Source: Alphaproteobacteria bacterium (GTDB lineage Bacteria > Pseudomonadota > Alphaproteobacteria > RF32 > CAG-239). From it: DNA of 54,308 nt. Location: the NCBI GenBank assembly GCA_017477035.1, contig JAFUXW010000002.1, positions 1 to 54,308 on the forward strand. Reading direction: 5' to 3'. Numbering within the stretch: the stretch's first letter is position 1; every line of letters begins with the position of its first letter. Under the pieces are notes generated by a model, which ran no database searches, was not told where the DNA came from, and saw nothing but the letters and a program-made list of their open reading frames with translations. Of the stretch, positions 43,251-51,927 are shown one piece after another. The position numbers and the translations under genes were made by a program.

Positions 43251-43547
43251 ATGCCGATAGCGTATAAAACAAAAGAACAGGGTGAAAGAACCCGTGAACT
43301 GATCTTACAAACCGGCTTGAAATTATGGCCGAATGTAACACCGTCAACGATTGCAACAGCTCTTAACATTACACACGCTGCTGTGTTGTATCACTTTACA
43401 GACGTTAAAGAAGCTGTAGCACAATACGCACTTGATACAGATTGTAGTAAAGTGATTGTGCAGATGTTGGCAACAAACCATAAACTTGTTAGAAATATGA
43501 AAGCACCGGAGCGTTTACGGCATTTTAGTCGCGCTTTAAATTCTTAA
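43251..43547 (+). CDS. TetR-family-like HTH regulator (short)
   Basis: Start at ATG 43251. RTRELILQTGLKLW..VTPSTIATALNITHAAVLYHF is the TetR N-terminal HTH pattern. Confidence 0.55.
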   Translation: MPIAYKTKEQGERTRELILQTGLKLWPNVTPSTIATALNITHAAVLYHFTDVKEAVAQYALDTDCSKVIVQMLATNHKLVRNMKAPERLRHFSRALNS

Positions 43548-44105
43548 TATTTCAGGATTGCCTTTATAACCGCGGTACCATATAAACCACGCATGGCACA
43601 TTGCACTCGATTCGCCTTTTGGAAAAGCGGCATTTTTAGATGTTCGAGCGCGTTTACGAAATACGGCAATATAACGCGGTGGATTGTTAGTAAATAAAGC
43701 GTCTCTACGCTCGGATTCGATAAACCCTATTCTTAAAAACATACAAACGACAGGCGCTATTCTGAGAGATTTTTCAACGAACTCCAACGCGTATTTAAAT
43801 GGTGGGTTTGTAATTATTGCATCATATGGTAAATCGTCGTATGGCGTTGGTTGTAAGAAGTCAACACCACCAACACCATAACCCCTGTAAATAAGATCAG
43901 TGCTTATAACCTGATGACCGTAAAGCTCAAGGATTTGAGATAGATGACCTGCACCCACAGCACATTCCCAGATAAGCTTGTTACCGGCTTCCCAATCAGA
44001 CCCGAGTACCTTGAGCAACGGCGGAATTGTAGCTGGGTCGGTAGCATAAAAATCTTCCGGCTGACGTTCAACACCTTCAGGTCTATTTAAACCTCTAATC
44101 GGCAT
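43536..44105 (-). CDS. DNA N6-adenine (or N4-cytosine) methyltransferase
   Basis: Motif I ECAVGAGHL, motif IV ITNPPF. Confidence 0.7.
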   Translation of the reverse strand: MPIRGLNRPEGVERQPEDFYATDPATIPPLLKVLGSDWEAGNKLIWECAVGAGHLSQILELYGHQVISTDLIYRGYGVGGVDFLQPTPYDDLPYDAIITNPPFKYALEFVEKSLRIAPVVCMFLRIGFIESERRDALFTNNPPRYIAVFRKRARTSKNAAFPKGESSAMCHAWFIWYRGYKGNPEILRI

Positions 44106-44299
44106 TAATTTAATACCCTCCCTTCAACATCTTCAACATCAGCTTGCACTGCCGTAAACCTGTAAATTTTATCACCTTGTACAAAGTTGAAAGTAACCGT
44201 ACCGTCATCATTTTCATCAACTTGTGCCAGATAAGGGCGGTCGGCAAGTGTTGATAACGCTTTAATAATGAGAGCATATTTTTTAATACTAAGCCACAT
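44105..44299 (-). CDS. hypothetical protein (64 aa)
   Basis: GAGG SD; TAATG-coupled to the MTase gene. Confidence 0.5.
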   Translation of the reverse strand: MWLSIKKYALIIKALSTLADRPYLAQVDENDDGTVTFNFVQGDKIYRFTAVQADVEDVEGRVLN

Positions 44300-44388
44300 T
44301 TTAACCTCATTTATTATAATTAAAACTGTGCAGAGGTTCGGTTATATTGTGGATTTAACCCTCTGTAAACCTCTGCACTTACCAACAC

Positions 44389-44415
44389 CTTATAACAGCT
44401 TATAACCGTTGTCAA
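44389..44415 (-). promoter_or_regulatory. leftward promoter
   Basis: Minus strand TTGACA (44415-44410), then TGTTATAAG extended -10 (TATAAG 44394-44389; 15-nt spacer) or TAAGGT at 17 nt. Confidence 0.45.
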
Positions 44416-44466
44416 GTGTAAAAATGTGTAAAAATGTGTAAAAACGTGTAAAAAAGTGTAAAAAAT
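44416..44466. repeat. five phased A-tracts, GTGTAAAAAN x5 with 10-bp period
   Basis: Units at 44416, 44426, 44436, 44446, 44456, exactly between two divergent TTGACA boxes. Confidence 0.95.
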
Positions 44467-44469
44467 ATG

Positions 44470-44496
44470 TTGACAGCAGTTATAAACGGTTATAAG
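44470..44496 (+). promoter_or_regulatory. rightward promoter
   Basis: TTGACA (44470-44475), TATAAG (44491-44496; 15-nt spacer) or TAAGGT at 17 nt. Confidence 0.45.
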
Positions 44497-44530
44497 GTTA
44501 CCTCAACTGATAATTTTGGAGGTTAAAATT

Positions 44531-44728
44531 ATGGATGAACAAAAAACATTAACTCTTACCGAGGTTGCCAAATTCATAGGCGTTGCTAAGAAAACGCTTT
44601 ATAATTGGATATTGGACGAACGGTTTCCTGTAAAACCGATTGAAGGTTCGAATCCTAGACGATGGAATATTGAAGATGTGGAAAATTGGCGATTCGGAGG
44701 TAAGGGTGATGAGTCAGAGCAAGATTAA
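44531..44728 (+). CDS. excisionase/AlpA-type (HTH_17) DNA-binding protein
   Basis: Start at ATG 44531 (GGAGG). LTLTEVAKFIGVAKKTLYNWILDERFP. Confidence 0.6.
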   Translation: MDEQKTLTLTEVAKFIGVAKKTLYNWILDERFPVKPIEGSNPRRWNIEDVENWRFGGKGDESEQD

Positions 44729-46118
44729 AGTTATTACTTTATTTACAGGTATCGGTGCGCAAGAAGCAGCGTTAAAACGTTTAAATATACCATTTGAAGT
44801 TGTAGGCATTTCCGAGATTGATAAACATGCTATACAATCTTACGAAGCTATAAACGGTCCTACGTTCAATTATGGTGATATAACCAAAATACCGATGTTA
44901 GATTATGCGGATTTATGGACGTATAGCTTTCCTTGTCAGGATTTAAGCGTGGCCGGTAAGCAAGCAGGTATAAGCGAAGGAACTCGGTCAGGGCTGTTGT
45001 TGCACGTTGAACGGCTTTTGGAAACTGCTGTATTGTTAGGTAATCAACCGAAATATTTATTGTTAGAAAATGTTAAAGCGTTAGTAAGTAAAAAATTCAA
45101 GCCAGATTTTGACAGATGGTTAAGTAAACTCGATTCTTTAGGTTATAACAATTATTGGCAAGTGCTTAACGCTAAAGATTACGGAGTGCCACAAAATCGT
45201 GAACGTGTTTTCGTTGTTAGTATTCGTAAAGATGTGGACATAAAGGGTTATAAATTCCCTGAGAAGATACCGCTTACTCGCAAACTTGAAGATGTTTCAG
45301 AGCCGGTGGTTGATGAGAAGTATTATTTATCACAAGATAAAGTTGATAAATTAGTTATGAATATGAATGTGACAGATAGCACGGGCGCAATATTATCTAA
45401 ATACGGAACACATTTGAATAAAACAACAGATGTTGCTGGAACTTTGATGGCTAGAGATTATAAAGGTTTTGGTAATCAAGAAACTAATGGAATTATAGAA
45501 CCAGCTATTTGTGCATCTCGTGGTAGAAACCCTGAAAACCCTAGCGATAGAACAGCAGGCGCACCGACCGAACAACGTTTGGAACTTAATCAAACAGGTT
45601 GTAGTAACACTATAACAACCGTTGAAAAAGATAACTATTTGTTGAAACCGCAAGTTTTAACACCTAAACGTAATGAATACGGTAAACTTGTTCGTAAAGA
45701 ATACGAGGCTGGTAATTTTACTGATAGCCGCCATAATATGACAGACATGCAACCAAGACATGATGGTGTGTCAAACACACTTACAACCGTTAATAAAGAT
45801 AATTATGTCATCCAACTCGGTAACATTGTCAACACTGGTAACTGGGATAATCCACAAGCCGGAAGGGTTTACAGCACAGACGGCATTAGTCCCACGTTAA
45901 ATACAATGCAAGGCGGTCAGAGAGAGCCGAAAATATTAAAAAATTACCGCATCCGCAGACTCACCCCGTTAGAATGTTGGCGACTGATGGATTTTACAGA
46001 TGAAGAATTTTACGCAGCACAGTTATCAGGTGTATCAAACTCACAGCTTTGTAAACAAGCTGGAAATTCTATTGTCGTAGCAGTGCTTCAAGCCATCTTT
46101 AAGGAGTTATTAGCATGA
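44709..46118 (+). CDS. DNA C5-cytosine methyltransferase with oversized target-recognition region
   Basis: Start at ATG 44709. Motifs I FTGIGAQ, IV SFPCQDLS, VI ENVKAL, VIII QNRERVF, IX RRLTPLECWRLMDF, X GNSI. About 230 aa lie between VIII and IX. Confidence 0.85.
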   Translation: MSQSKIKVITLFTGIGAQEAALKRLNIPFEVVGISEIDKHAIQSYEAINGPTFNYGDITKIPMLDYADLWTYSFPCQDLSVAGKQAGISEGTRSGLLLHVERLLETAVLLGNQPKYLLLENVKALVSKKFKPDFDRWLSKLDSLGYNNYWQVLNAKDYGVPQNRERVFVVSIRKDVDIKGYKFPEKIPLTRKLEDVSEPVVDEKYYLSQDKVDKLVMNMNVTDSTGAILSKYGTHLNKTTDVAGTLMARDYKGFGNQETNGIIEPAICASRGRNPENPSDRTAGAPTEQRLELNQTGCSNTITTVEKDNYLLKPQVLTPKRNEYGKLVRKEYEAGNFTDSRHNMTDMQPRHDGVSNTLTTVNKDNYVIQLGNIVNTGNWDNPQAGRVYSTDGISPTLNTMQGGQREPKILKNYRIRRLTPLECWRLMDFTDEEFYAAQLSGVSNSQLCKQAGNSIVVAVLQAIFKELLA

Positions 46119-48433
46119 CACCAGAGAATCTTAATCTTACTGCTGCGTTTATAACCTCTCTGACCGGCTCACCGGACACCGAGTGCGATTGGCGCGTTAT
46201 AAACGACCGCGACAAAGGCGAACAAGGTATTAACTTGCGTGGTACGCTCGCGGCTCTTGCGAACACCCTTATAGATTATAATAATCGTGGTTATGGTATT
46301 TTTATGACCGTTAACGCTATGAAACCGACGGGCGCTCGTACACTTGATAATGTTGAATATATCCGCGCACACGTTATTGACCTTGATGACGCTTTGACAG
46401 CTCAGGACAGTTATCAACGCGCTGTCAACTCTCCGATACCGCCACATTTTGCAGTGCAATCCTCTCAAGGTAAATATCACTTGTACTGGCTTGTACAACC
46501 TTATACCGGTAATGATTTTTACACTTTACAACAACGTAAACTCTGCCAACTTTATGCCAGTGACCCGAATGTTATTGACGCTACCAGAGTTATGCGTGTA
46601 CCGGGTTTCATGCACTGTAAACATGACCCACAGCTTACAACCTGCTGGTCGGTTAATAACTCACCACGTTATACAGCTCAACAGATTGCTGACAGCCTTG
46701 CTAACGTTAATATCGTTGAAAAAGTTGGTAACCGTTGTGAACTTGGTTCGGCTGATTTAGCTGCACCAAGTATGGAATGGCTTGACTTTGCTCTCAACCT
46801 TGTCAACCCGAATAATTTATCACGTGAAGATTGGTTAGCGTTGTCAGCCGCTTATAAACAAGCCGGATGGACACTTGCATCTGAAGAAGAATTACGTAAT
46901 AAATGGCTTGCTTGGTGTGCAAAATATACCGGTAACGACAGTAAAGAAAATCTTAAACTTTGGAACTCTATCAAGGATTCCGAAGTAGGTTGGGGACGTT
47001 TTATGCGTGTCAGCGGTGTTGCCGGTTGGTTTAATCATCAGGAAACACCGCCAACTCAGGAACAAATGAACGCGATTAAAACCGTTGCGGCCACGTTGAC
47101 CGAGCCTGCAGATGAAGATATGTTTGAAGGTATGGAAGTTCTTGATGAATACGCTAAAAAAGTATGGTTTAAAAATTGTTATTTTGTTGAACGTGAAGGT
47201 AGAATTTTCTCACCGACCGGTCGCTTCATGAACGAAACGCAGTTTTGCGGGCGCTACGGCGGTAAAGAGTTCACGACTAAGCGCTCAGGTGGTAAAACGA
47301 CCGATAGCGCGTGGAAAGCCGCCCTACGGGCAACAGACTGGGTTATTCCAAAGGTAGACCATTGTCGGTTTTTGCCTGACCTCAGCCCGTTTGCAATTAT
47401 CAAAGATGACATGGGTCGTAAAGGTCTTAATACATATATACCTGCTATAATTCGTCACAGAGCCGGTAATGTTGAAAAATGGTTAACTTATCTGTCGCGG
47501 ATATTTAACACTGCTGACGATGTTAAAATCTTTCAAGATTATGTCGCTCATTGTATTAAATATCCGGGTCATAAAATACCTTGGTCAGTGCTGTTACAAT
47601 CTGCTAAAGGTATCGGTAAACAAATGATAGGTGATGTGATTAAATTCTGCATTGGCGAATCGTACACGTATCAACCGGACGCTGAAGAACTTGTCAGCGG
47701 TGTCAGCCAGTTTAACGGTTGGATGCGCAATAAGCTTATGATACTTGTGGATGAAGTGCGTGTCGGTGACCGTAATGACCTTATGAACGGCTTGAAAACT
47801 ATCATTACCGATAGACGAATCGCCGTTGAAAGCAAAGGCGTGGATCAAGAGATGGAAGATAACGTCGCTAACTGGATATTCTTCTCTAACTTCAAAGATG
47901 CGTTTCCGATTGATGAAAACGAGCGGCGTTATTGCATTTTTTACTCAAGCCTGCAGTCAGCTCAGCAAATTGCCGATGCCGGATTAGATAAAGAGTTTTT
48001 TGACATGATGTATCATTGGCTTGAAATGGAAGGCGGTTACGAACAAATTGCCGACTATTATCTCAATTATCCGATTGAAAAAGGCGAGCTTCCGCACAGG
48101 GCGCCGCAGACTTCAAGCTATGATGAAGTTATAAGAATTGGCAGAAGCCCGTTGCGTGTCTTGCTTGATGATAAAGTTGACAATAAAGAACGCGGATTTC
48201 GCGGTGGTTATGTCAGCTATACAGCGTTTCAAAAAGCTATTGCAGACAGCAGCTCGATTCGCACTAAACCGCTTGAACATACGATTAAAGCGATTATAGA
48301 GAATAAAGGTTACGAGGAGTTAGGATATACAAAAGCACCTGTGGCCGGTGAGGATTTAACGCATCCGAGCTTGATTTACGGTATTAGAGGTGCAGGGCTT
48401 AATATAGATGGATATGAAGGAGCACAAGGATGA
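46115..48433 (+). CDS. primase-polymerase / SF3 (D5-type) helicase fusion
   Basis: 772 aa. PriCT-2-like NPNNLSREDWLALSAAYKQAGW, Walker A SAKGIGKQ, Walker B LMILVDEV. Confidence 0.7.
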   Translation: MTPENLNLTAAFITSLTGSPDTECDWRVINDRDKGEQGINLRGTLAALANTLIDYNNRGYGIFMTVNAMKPTGARTLDNVEYIRAHVIDLDDALTAQDSYQRAVNSPIPPHFAVQSSQGKYHLYWLVQPYTGNDFYTLQQRKLCQLYASDPNVIDATRVMRVPGFMHCKHDPQLTTCWSVNNSPRYTAQQIADSLANVNIVEKVGNRCELGSADLAAPSMEWLDFALNLVNPNNLSREDWLALSAAYKQAGWTLASEEELRNKWLAWCAKYTGNDSKENLKLWNSIKDSEVGWGRFMRVSGVAGWFNHQETPPTQEQMNAIKTVAATLTEPADEDMFEGMEVLDEYAKKVWFKNCYFVEREGRIFSPTGRFMNETQFCGRYGGKEFTTKRSGGKTTDSAWKAALRATDWVIPKVDHCRFLPDLSPFAIIKDDMGRKGLNTYIPAIIRHRAGNVEKWLTYLSRIFNTADDVKIFQDYVAHCIKYPGHKIPWSVLLQSAKGIGKQMIGDVIKFCIGESYTYQPDAEELVSGVSQFNGWMRNKLMILVDEVRVGDRNDLMNGLKTIITDRRIAVESKGVDQEMEDNVANWIFFSNFKDAFPIDENERRYCIFYSSLQSAQQIADAGLDKEFFDMMYHWLEMEGGYEQIADYYLNYPIEKGELPHRAPQTSSYDEVIRIGRSPLRVLLDDKVDNKERGFRGGYVSYTAFQKAIADSSSIRTKPLEHTIKAIIENKGYEELGYTKAPVAGEDLTHPSLIYGIRGAGLNIDGYEGAQG

Positions 48434-48627
48434 AGCAAAACCAACAACTTGATAACCTTAACACACTCGCTAACATTTTACAGGTTTATAATACAATGCT
48501 CTTGCAACAGGACGCCAGTAACAATGACGTGTTGCAAGAGCTGAGAAAACAAAACCAAGAGATTATAAAACGTTTAGAACGAATCGAAAATAAGCTAATC
48601 GGAAATGTTAATAAAACCGCTGGCTGA
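48430..48627 (+). CDS. hypothetical coiled-coil protein (65 aa)
   Basis: ATGA-coupled to the primase gene. Confidence 0.45.
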   Translation: MKQNQQLDNLNTLANILQVYNTMLLQQDASNNDVLQELRKQNQEIIKRLERIENKLIGNVNKTAG

Positions 48628-49439
48628 ATTACCGCATTTAACATACAAATTGTCGGTACCTTGAGTATATTCAAAAGGTCTATCACCTGCGTAAACCTTA
48701 ATACCTCTGCCTGTCGTGCCGTCTGTGTACACCCCAACGTGATACGGTTCATACGGTGTCGCCGTACCCCCGCGTTCAAGTTGAATATTTGATATAGAAT
48801 ACGTGAAATTTGTTAGTTGACCGTATCGTGGTGCTCTAAATGCAAGAATATTACCGTAAACCAAATCTGCATCAGTGGGCGTAAACGTCACAGACACTCT
48901 TTCACTATCGGTAAAAATCATCCCTGTTTGTTTTATGTCTTTTGCGTAAGAAGTGCCAGTTCCACATCCTACGGATATTCCAAACGGCAATACGTTTGTT
49001 TCTACATCAAACGATAATGTATATGTGGTTCCGCGTTCTAATTCTATTGTTGGTAAATTTGCGCCATTGACAGTAAACTCCACCAAATACGCGCTAGGCA
49101 CTGTACCGCTAGTTTTCGTTATATTTGTTTCATCAAACAGATTCTTCCCATATTGTCCGTACTTAATTACCCCATTATTACATACAATATCCATAGGTGT
49201 ATCAGGTGAAGGAATAACATCAGAACCTGCTGTGAATGAGCCTGTGCCACCAAAGAGTTTTAGATAGTTTAATTCAATACTATTTGTTAATACTAACGGA
49301 CTAACTCCACTTAGTAAAACATCTTTCCAACTTGGCTCAGACTTACCGATGTTAATTTACGTACATTAAAGCGAAACGGTTTATAATCCCATTCACCGCT
49401 ACCGCCAATTACTAACTCGTCACGAAATTTTAAACTCAT
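48595..49439 (-). pseudogene. frameshifted tail-fibre / carbohydrate-binding-like gene
   Basis: AGGAG-led ATG at 49439 opens a 43-codon frame. The long ORF is open from about 49352 in the -1 frame but has no ATG before 49194. NLFD, IQLERGGTATPYEPY and LNYLKLFGGT..PSPDTP are fibre/RBP-like motifs. Confidence 0.5.
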
Positions 49440-49500
49440 TTTAATACTCCTAAATTATATTAAACGAGTTTTTTGTAACTTCTCAACAATTTTATAAAAT

Positions 49501-49644
49501 TTCGAGATACTTAAATAATTGATCGAGTGTAAGACCATAATAACGTGTATTATTCGGCAAGCGATAAATTTTATGACGCTTACCAGCTTTTATAAATTCA
49601 CCAATTTGTTGACAGCCGTTACAAATTTTATCTATTGCATACAT
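49501..49644 (-). CDS. possible small CxxC protein (47 aa)
   Basis: Below the ORF-track cutoff; GAAGGA SD; fills an otherwise empty 190-nt gap. Confidence 0.3.
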
Positions 49645-49970
49645 TTTCTCAAATCCTTCTTTTGTTTTAATTTTTCAGCATAAGCCACAGCTTCTTCAAC
49701 TGTATAACCTTCATTAACTATTTTAAATCTTATAGTCGGGTAGTTATATTTATGTTTAAGACAATATTGCATTAACGATTCTCCGTTATACCAATAAATT
49801 GTTTTACCATCATGACGACCTCTATAACGTTTAAAACGTTCAATAGCTTCTTGATAACTTAAACCTAATTCCGTTATATACTTACGTATTGTTTGATAAC
49901 AATATCCGTGTAAAATACAATATTCTCTTAAGGACATATTTTCATCCATCATAAGCATGCAATGACTCAT
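49632..49970 (-). CDS. DNA-binding protein with two tandem HTH-like repeats
   Basis: SLREYCILHGYCYQTIRKYITELGLSYQEAIE and SLMQYCLKHKYNYPTIRFKIVNEGYTVEEAV are internal repeats. Confidence 0.45.
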   Translation of the reverse strand: MSHCMLMMDENMSLREYCILHGYCYQTIRKYITELGLSYQEAIERFKRYRGRHDGKTIYWYNGESLMQYCLKHKYNYPTIRFKIVNEGYTVEEAVAYAEKLKQKKDLRKCMQ

Positions 49971-50167
49971 TTTTTTAACTCCTTCTTATCATAATGTGCA
50001 TTTACCTCATCGGCAGTCGTTTCACCCAAACTAAATTGTATATCTTGCGAAACAACCAAACCTGAATTATCTTCACTTATTTCGGTTAATTTTTCTATAA
50101 GATACGAAAGTGATGCCCCTTTTTTAACATCAAGTGTTATTGTTTTACAATACCATATTTCACTCAT
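49967..50167 (-). CDS. hypothetical protein (66 aa)
   Basis: Intact, coupled ORF. Confidence 0.45.
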   Translation of the reverse strand: MSEIWYCKTITLDVKKGASLSYLIEKLTEISEDNSGLVVSQDIQFSLGETTADEVNAHYDKKELKK

Positions 50168-50180
50168 TTTTCTAAATCCT

Positions 50181-50420
50181 TTATAGTATCAGGATAAAAC
50201 GGACACCACCTGCGACAATTAAATCCTCATCAAATTGTTGATTTTCACCTTTACCTACACCGATATAATATTTAATCGTATCGGTAAACGTGTCTTTGGC
50301 TTTTACAATTCCGATAGTGGATAAATCGCCTTTGTTGGCATAGCTATAAACACAAATCGGAAACCATATTGAGCTTAATACAACAACATTTTCAAAGCCT
50401 ACTGCATTTACTTTCCTCAT
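50181..50420 (-). CDS. hypothetical protein (79 aa)
   Basis: Intact ORF. Confidence 0.45.
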   Translation of the reverse strand: MRKVNAVGFENVVVLSSIWFPICVYSYANKGDLSTIGIVKAKDTFTDTIKYYIGVGKGENQQFDEDLIVAGGVRFILIL

Positions 50421-50656
50421 TTGTTTAACTCCTTAATCTGTTGCAATGTAATACCACACTTTTTTTGAATAGTTTTCATACTATCAAACATATCATTAAG
50501 CGATTTTCCATAAGGACAAGCAAGGTTTATTGCAGTCTTTAACTCTTCAGTTGCAATCTTTAATTGCTTTTCCAAGCGTTCTATCTTTTCAAGAGCCTTC
50601 ACAAGTGTATCTGTTCTACCGCTAGGCTCGTCATTGTAATTGTAGGGTTCTATCAT
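50417..50656 (-). CDS. hypothetical coiled-coil protein (79 aa)
   Basis: Intact, coupled ORF. Confidence 0.45.
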   Translation of the reverse strand: MIEPYNYNDEPSGRTDTLVKALEKIERLEKQLKIATEELKTAINLACPYGKSLNDMFDSMKTIQKKCGITLQQIKELNK

Positions 50657-50946
50657 TTTAAAGCCTCATCTATTTTTTCTGAAAGTGTATAAAAGGTTTG
50701 CACTTCGGGATAATTAAAGATTGAAAAATTATCACTTTCACAATCTTTTTGAATAGCTGTTAATGCGTCAATAGCTTCTGATTGTAAGTCTTTCAGCAGT
50801 TCTTTGAGCTGTGCGTTTTGTTCAACAAGTTTAATATTGGCCGCCATACATTCGTTTACAGCTTTGTTCATATTTTGTAACTCATCATAACTCGGCACCG
50901 GTGTCTGATGTGCTTCGTATTCTTTTAATATATCGTAGTTAGTCAT
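50653..50946 (-). CDS. hypothetical coiled-coil protein (97 aa)
   Basis: Intact, coupled ORF. Confidence 0.45.
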   Translation of the reverse strand: MTNYDILKEYEAHQTPVPSYDELQNMNKAVNECMAANIKLVEQNAQLKELLKDLQSEAIDALTAIQKDCESDNFSIFNYPEVQTFYTLSEKIDEALK

Positions 50947-51235
50947 CTTGTTTTAACTCCTTATTATAATGCGGACACGTTCTCGGCGTGAGGTGGTGTT
51001 CGCCATATATTTCGCAATCTTTATCTATGTCATTCCAAATAGGACAATACTTTTTGCAGGTCATTCTTGGTTTTTTCTTTAATTTTTCACATTCATTTGA
51101 AAAATCTGCATAATACATTCTGTTAGGTGTTTTCTCAAGCCAATCTTTTTCTTCTTTTGTTAGCTTTCGCCAACAATCTTTAACTGGACAGGTATCTTGT
51201 TTTATACAAGCTGTAAAATCTAAACTTCTACTCAT
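50939..51235 (-). CDS. Cys-rich hypothetical protein (98 aa)
   Basis: 10 Cys, including CPVKDC and CPHY contexts. Confidence 0.45.
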   Translation of the reverse strand: MSRSLDFTACIKQDTCPVKDCWRKLTKEEKDWLEKTPNRMYYADFSNECEKLKKKPRMTCKKYCPIWNDIDKDCEIYGEHHLTPRTCPHYNKELKQDD

Positions 51236-51477
51236 TTTCCACCTACCTTAAATTCTTTACTGTTTACAGCTTCTTGCCAAGTTGGATATTCGGCGACTAA
51301 TACCGTATATTCTTGTATATCATTATTTCTAGCCCATTCCCAAGTTTCTCCGTCTTGAAAAATAAGGTCATATCTATAAAAATTAAAGTCTTTGGTTGGT
51401 GGATATTCTTTTGTTACAACAACTATATCAATTTCACTCTTTTCTTTAAACTCGTAAACCTGTCCTACTTTTATCAT
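51232..51477 (-). CDS. hypothetical protein (81 aa)
   Basis: Intact, coupled ORF. Confidence 0.45.
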   Translation of the reverse strand: MIKVGQVYEFKEKSEIDIVVVTKEYPPTKDFNFYRYDLIFQDGETWEWARNNDIQEYTVLVAEYPTWQEAVNSKEFKVGGK

Positions 51478-51722
51478 TCTTCATTCTCCGTCTTAAATAA
51501 ATCATCTATGTTTGCTTTACTCTTGCCGAGATATTTCATACTTTCAAAATTTATATCTTTTAATAAAAGAGCTTCTAAAAAAAGACCATAGGTTTCTTTT
51601 ATTAAAAGTTTGACAAATTTTCCTTTTTTATCATCTTCCCAAAGTTTGTATATGTATATTTTTTCATCAAGTTTTTCATTATAAAATATATCTCCGGCTT
51701 CTGGTGTATCCTTACTCATCAT
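51474..51722 (-). CDS. hypothetical protein (about 82 aa)
   Basis: Start moved to ATG 51722/51719 (GGGAGA SD). Confidence 0.45.
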   Translation of the reverse strand: MMSKDTPEAGDIFYNEKLDEKIYIYKLWEDDKKGKFVKLLIKETYGLFLEALLLKDINFESMKYLGKSKANIDDLFKTENEE

Positions 51723-51927
51723 ATATCTCCCAATCTTCTGACATAACTTGAAAATCATCAAGCATCACAGGCGCTTCTTCTTCTGAAAGTTCGCCTTCGT
51801 CATATCTGTCTGAGGTCAATCTGTTTTCTTTTATGTAAAAAACATCATACCAATCAGCACCGGCTGTTTCTTCGCAAACAACTTTTTTACCCTTTCTCAT
51901 AGCTTTTAATGCTTCTTCAAATTTCAT
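51712..51927 (-). CDS. DUF2829-like protein (Tad2 anti-Thoeris family candidate)
   Basis: Start at ATG 51927 (GAGGAG). N-terminal FEEALKAMRKGKKV and C-terminal MSEDWEIY match the DUF2829 end motifs. Confidence 0.45.
   Translation of the reverse strand: MKFEEALKAMRKGKKVVCEETAGADWYDVFYIKENRLTSDRYDEGELSEEEAPVMLDDFQVMSEDWEIYDE

Noticed and set aside
44640-44708. Upstream extension of the C5-MTase ORF (track start 44640) and the alternative small ORF 44110-44310
   Set aside because: ATG 44709 has a GGAGG SD and precedes motif I by the usual distance, whereas the extension overlaps the HTH gene in another frame. For 44105-44299 versus 44110-44310, only the former has a GAGG SD and TAATG coupling to the MTase gene.
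44531-44728. Excisionase-type HTH as evidence for a lysogeny module
   Set aside because: The window contains no integrase, recombinase, CI/Cro-like pair, attP-like site or partition genes. HTH_17 proteins also serve as plain transcription regulators.
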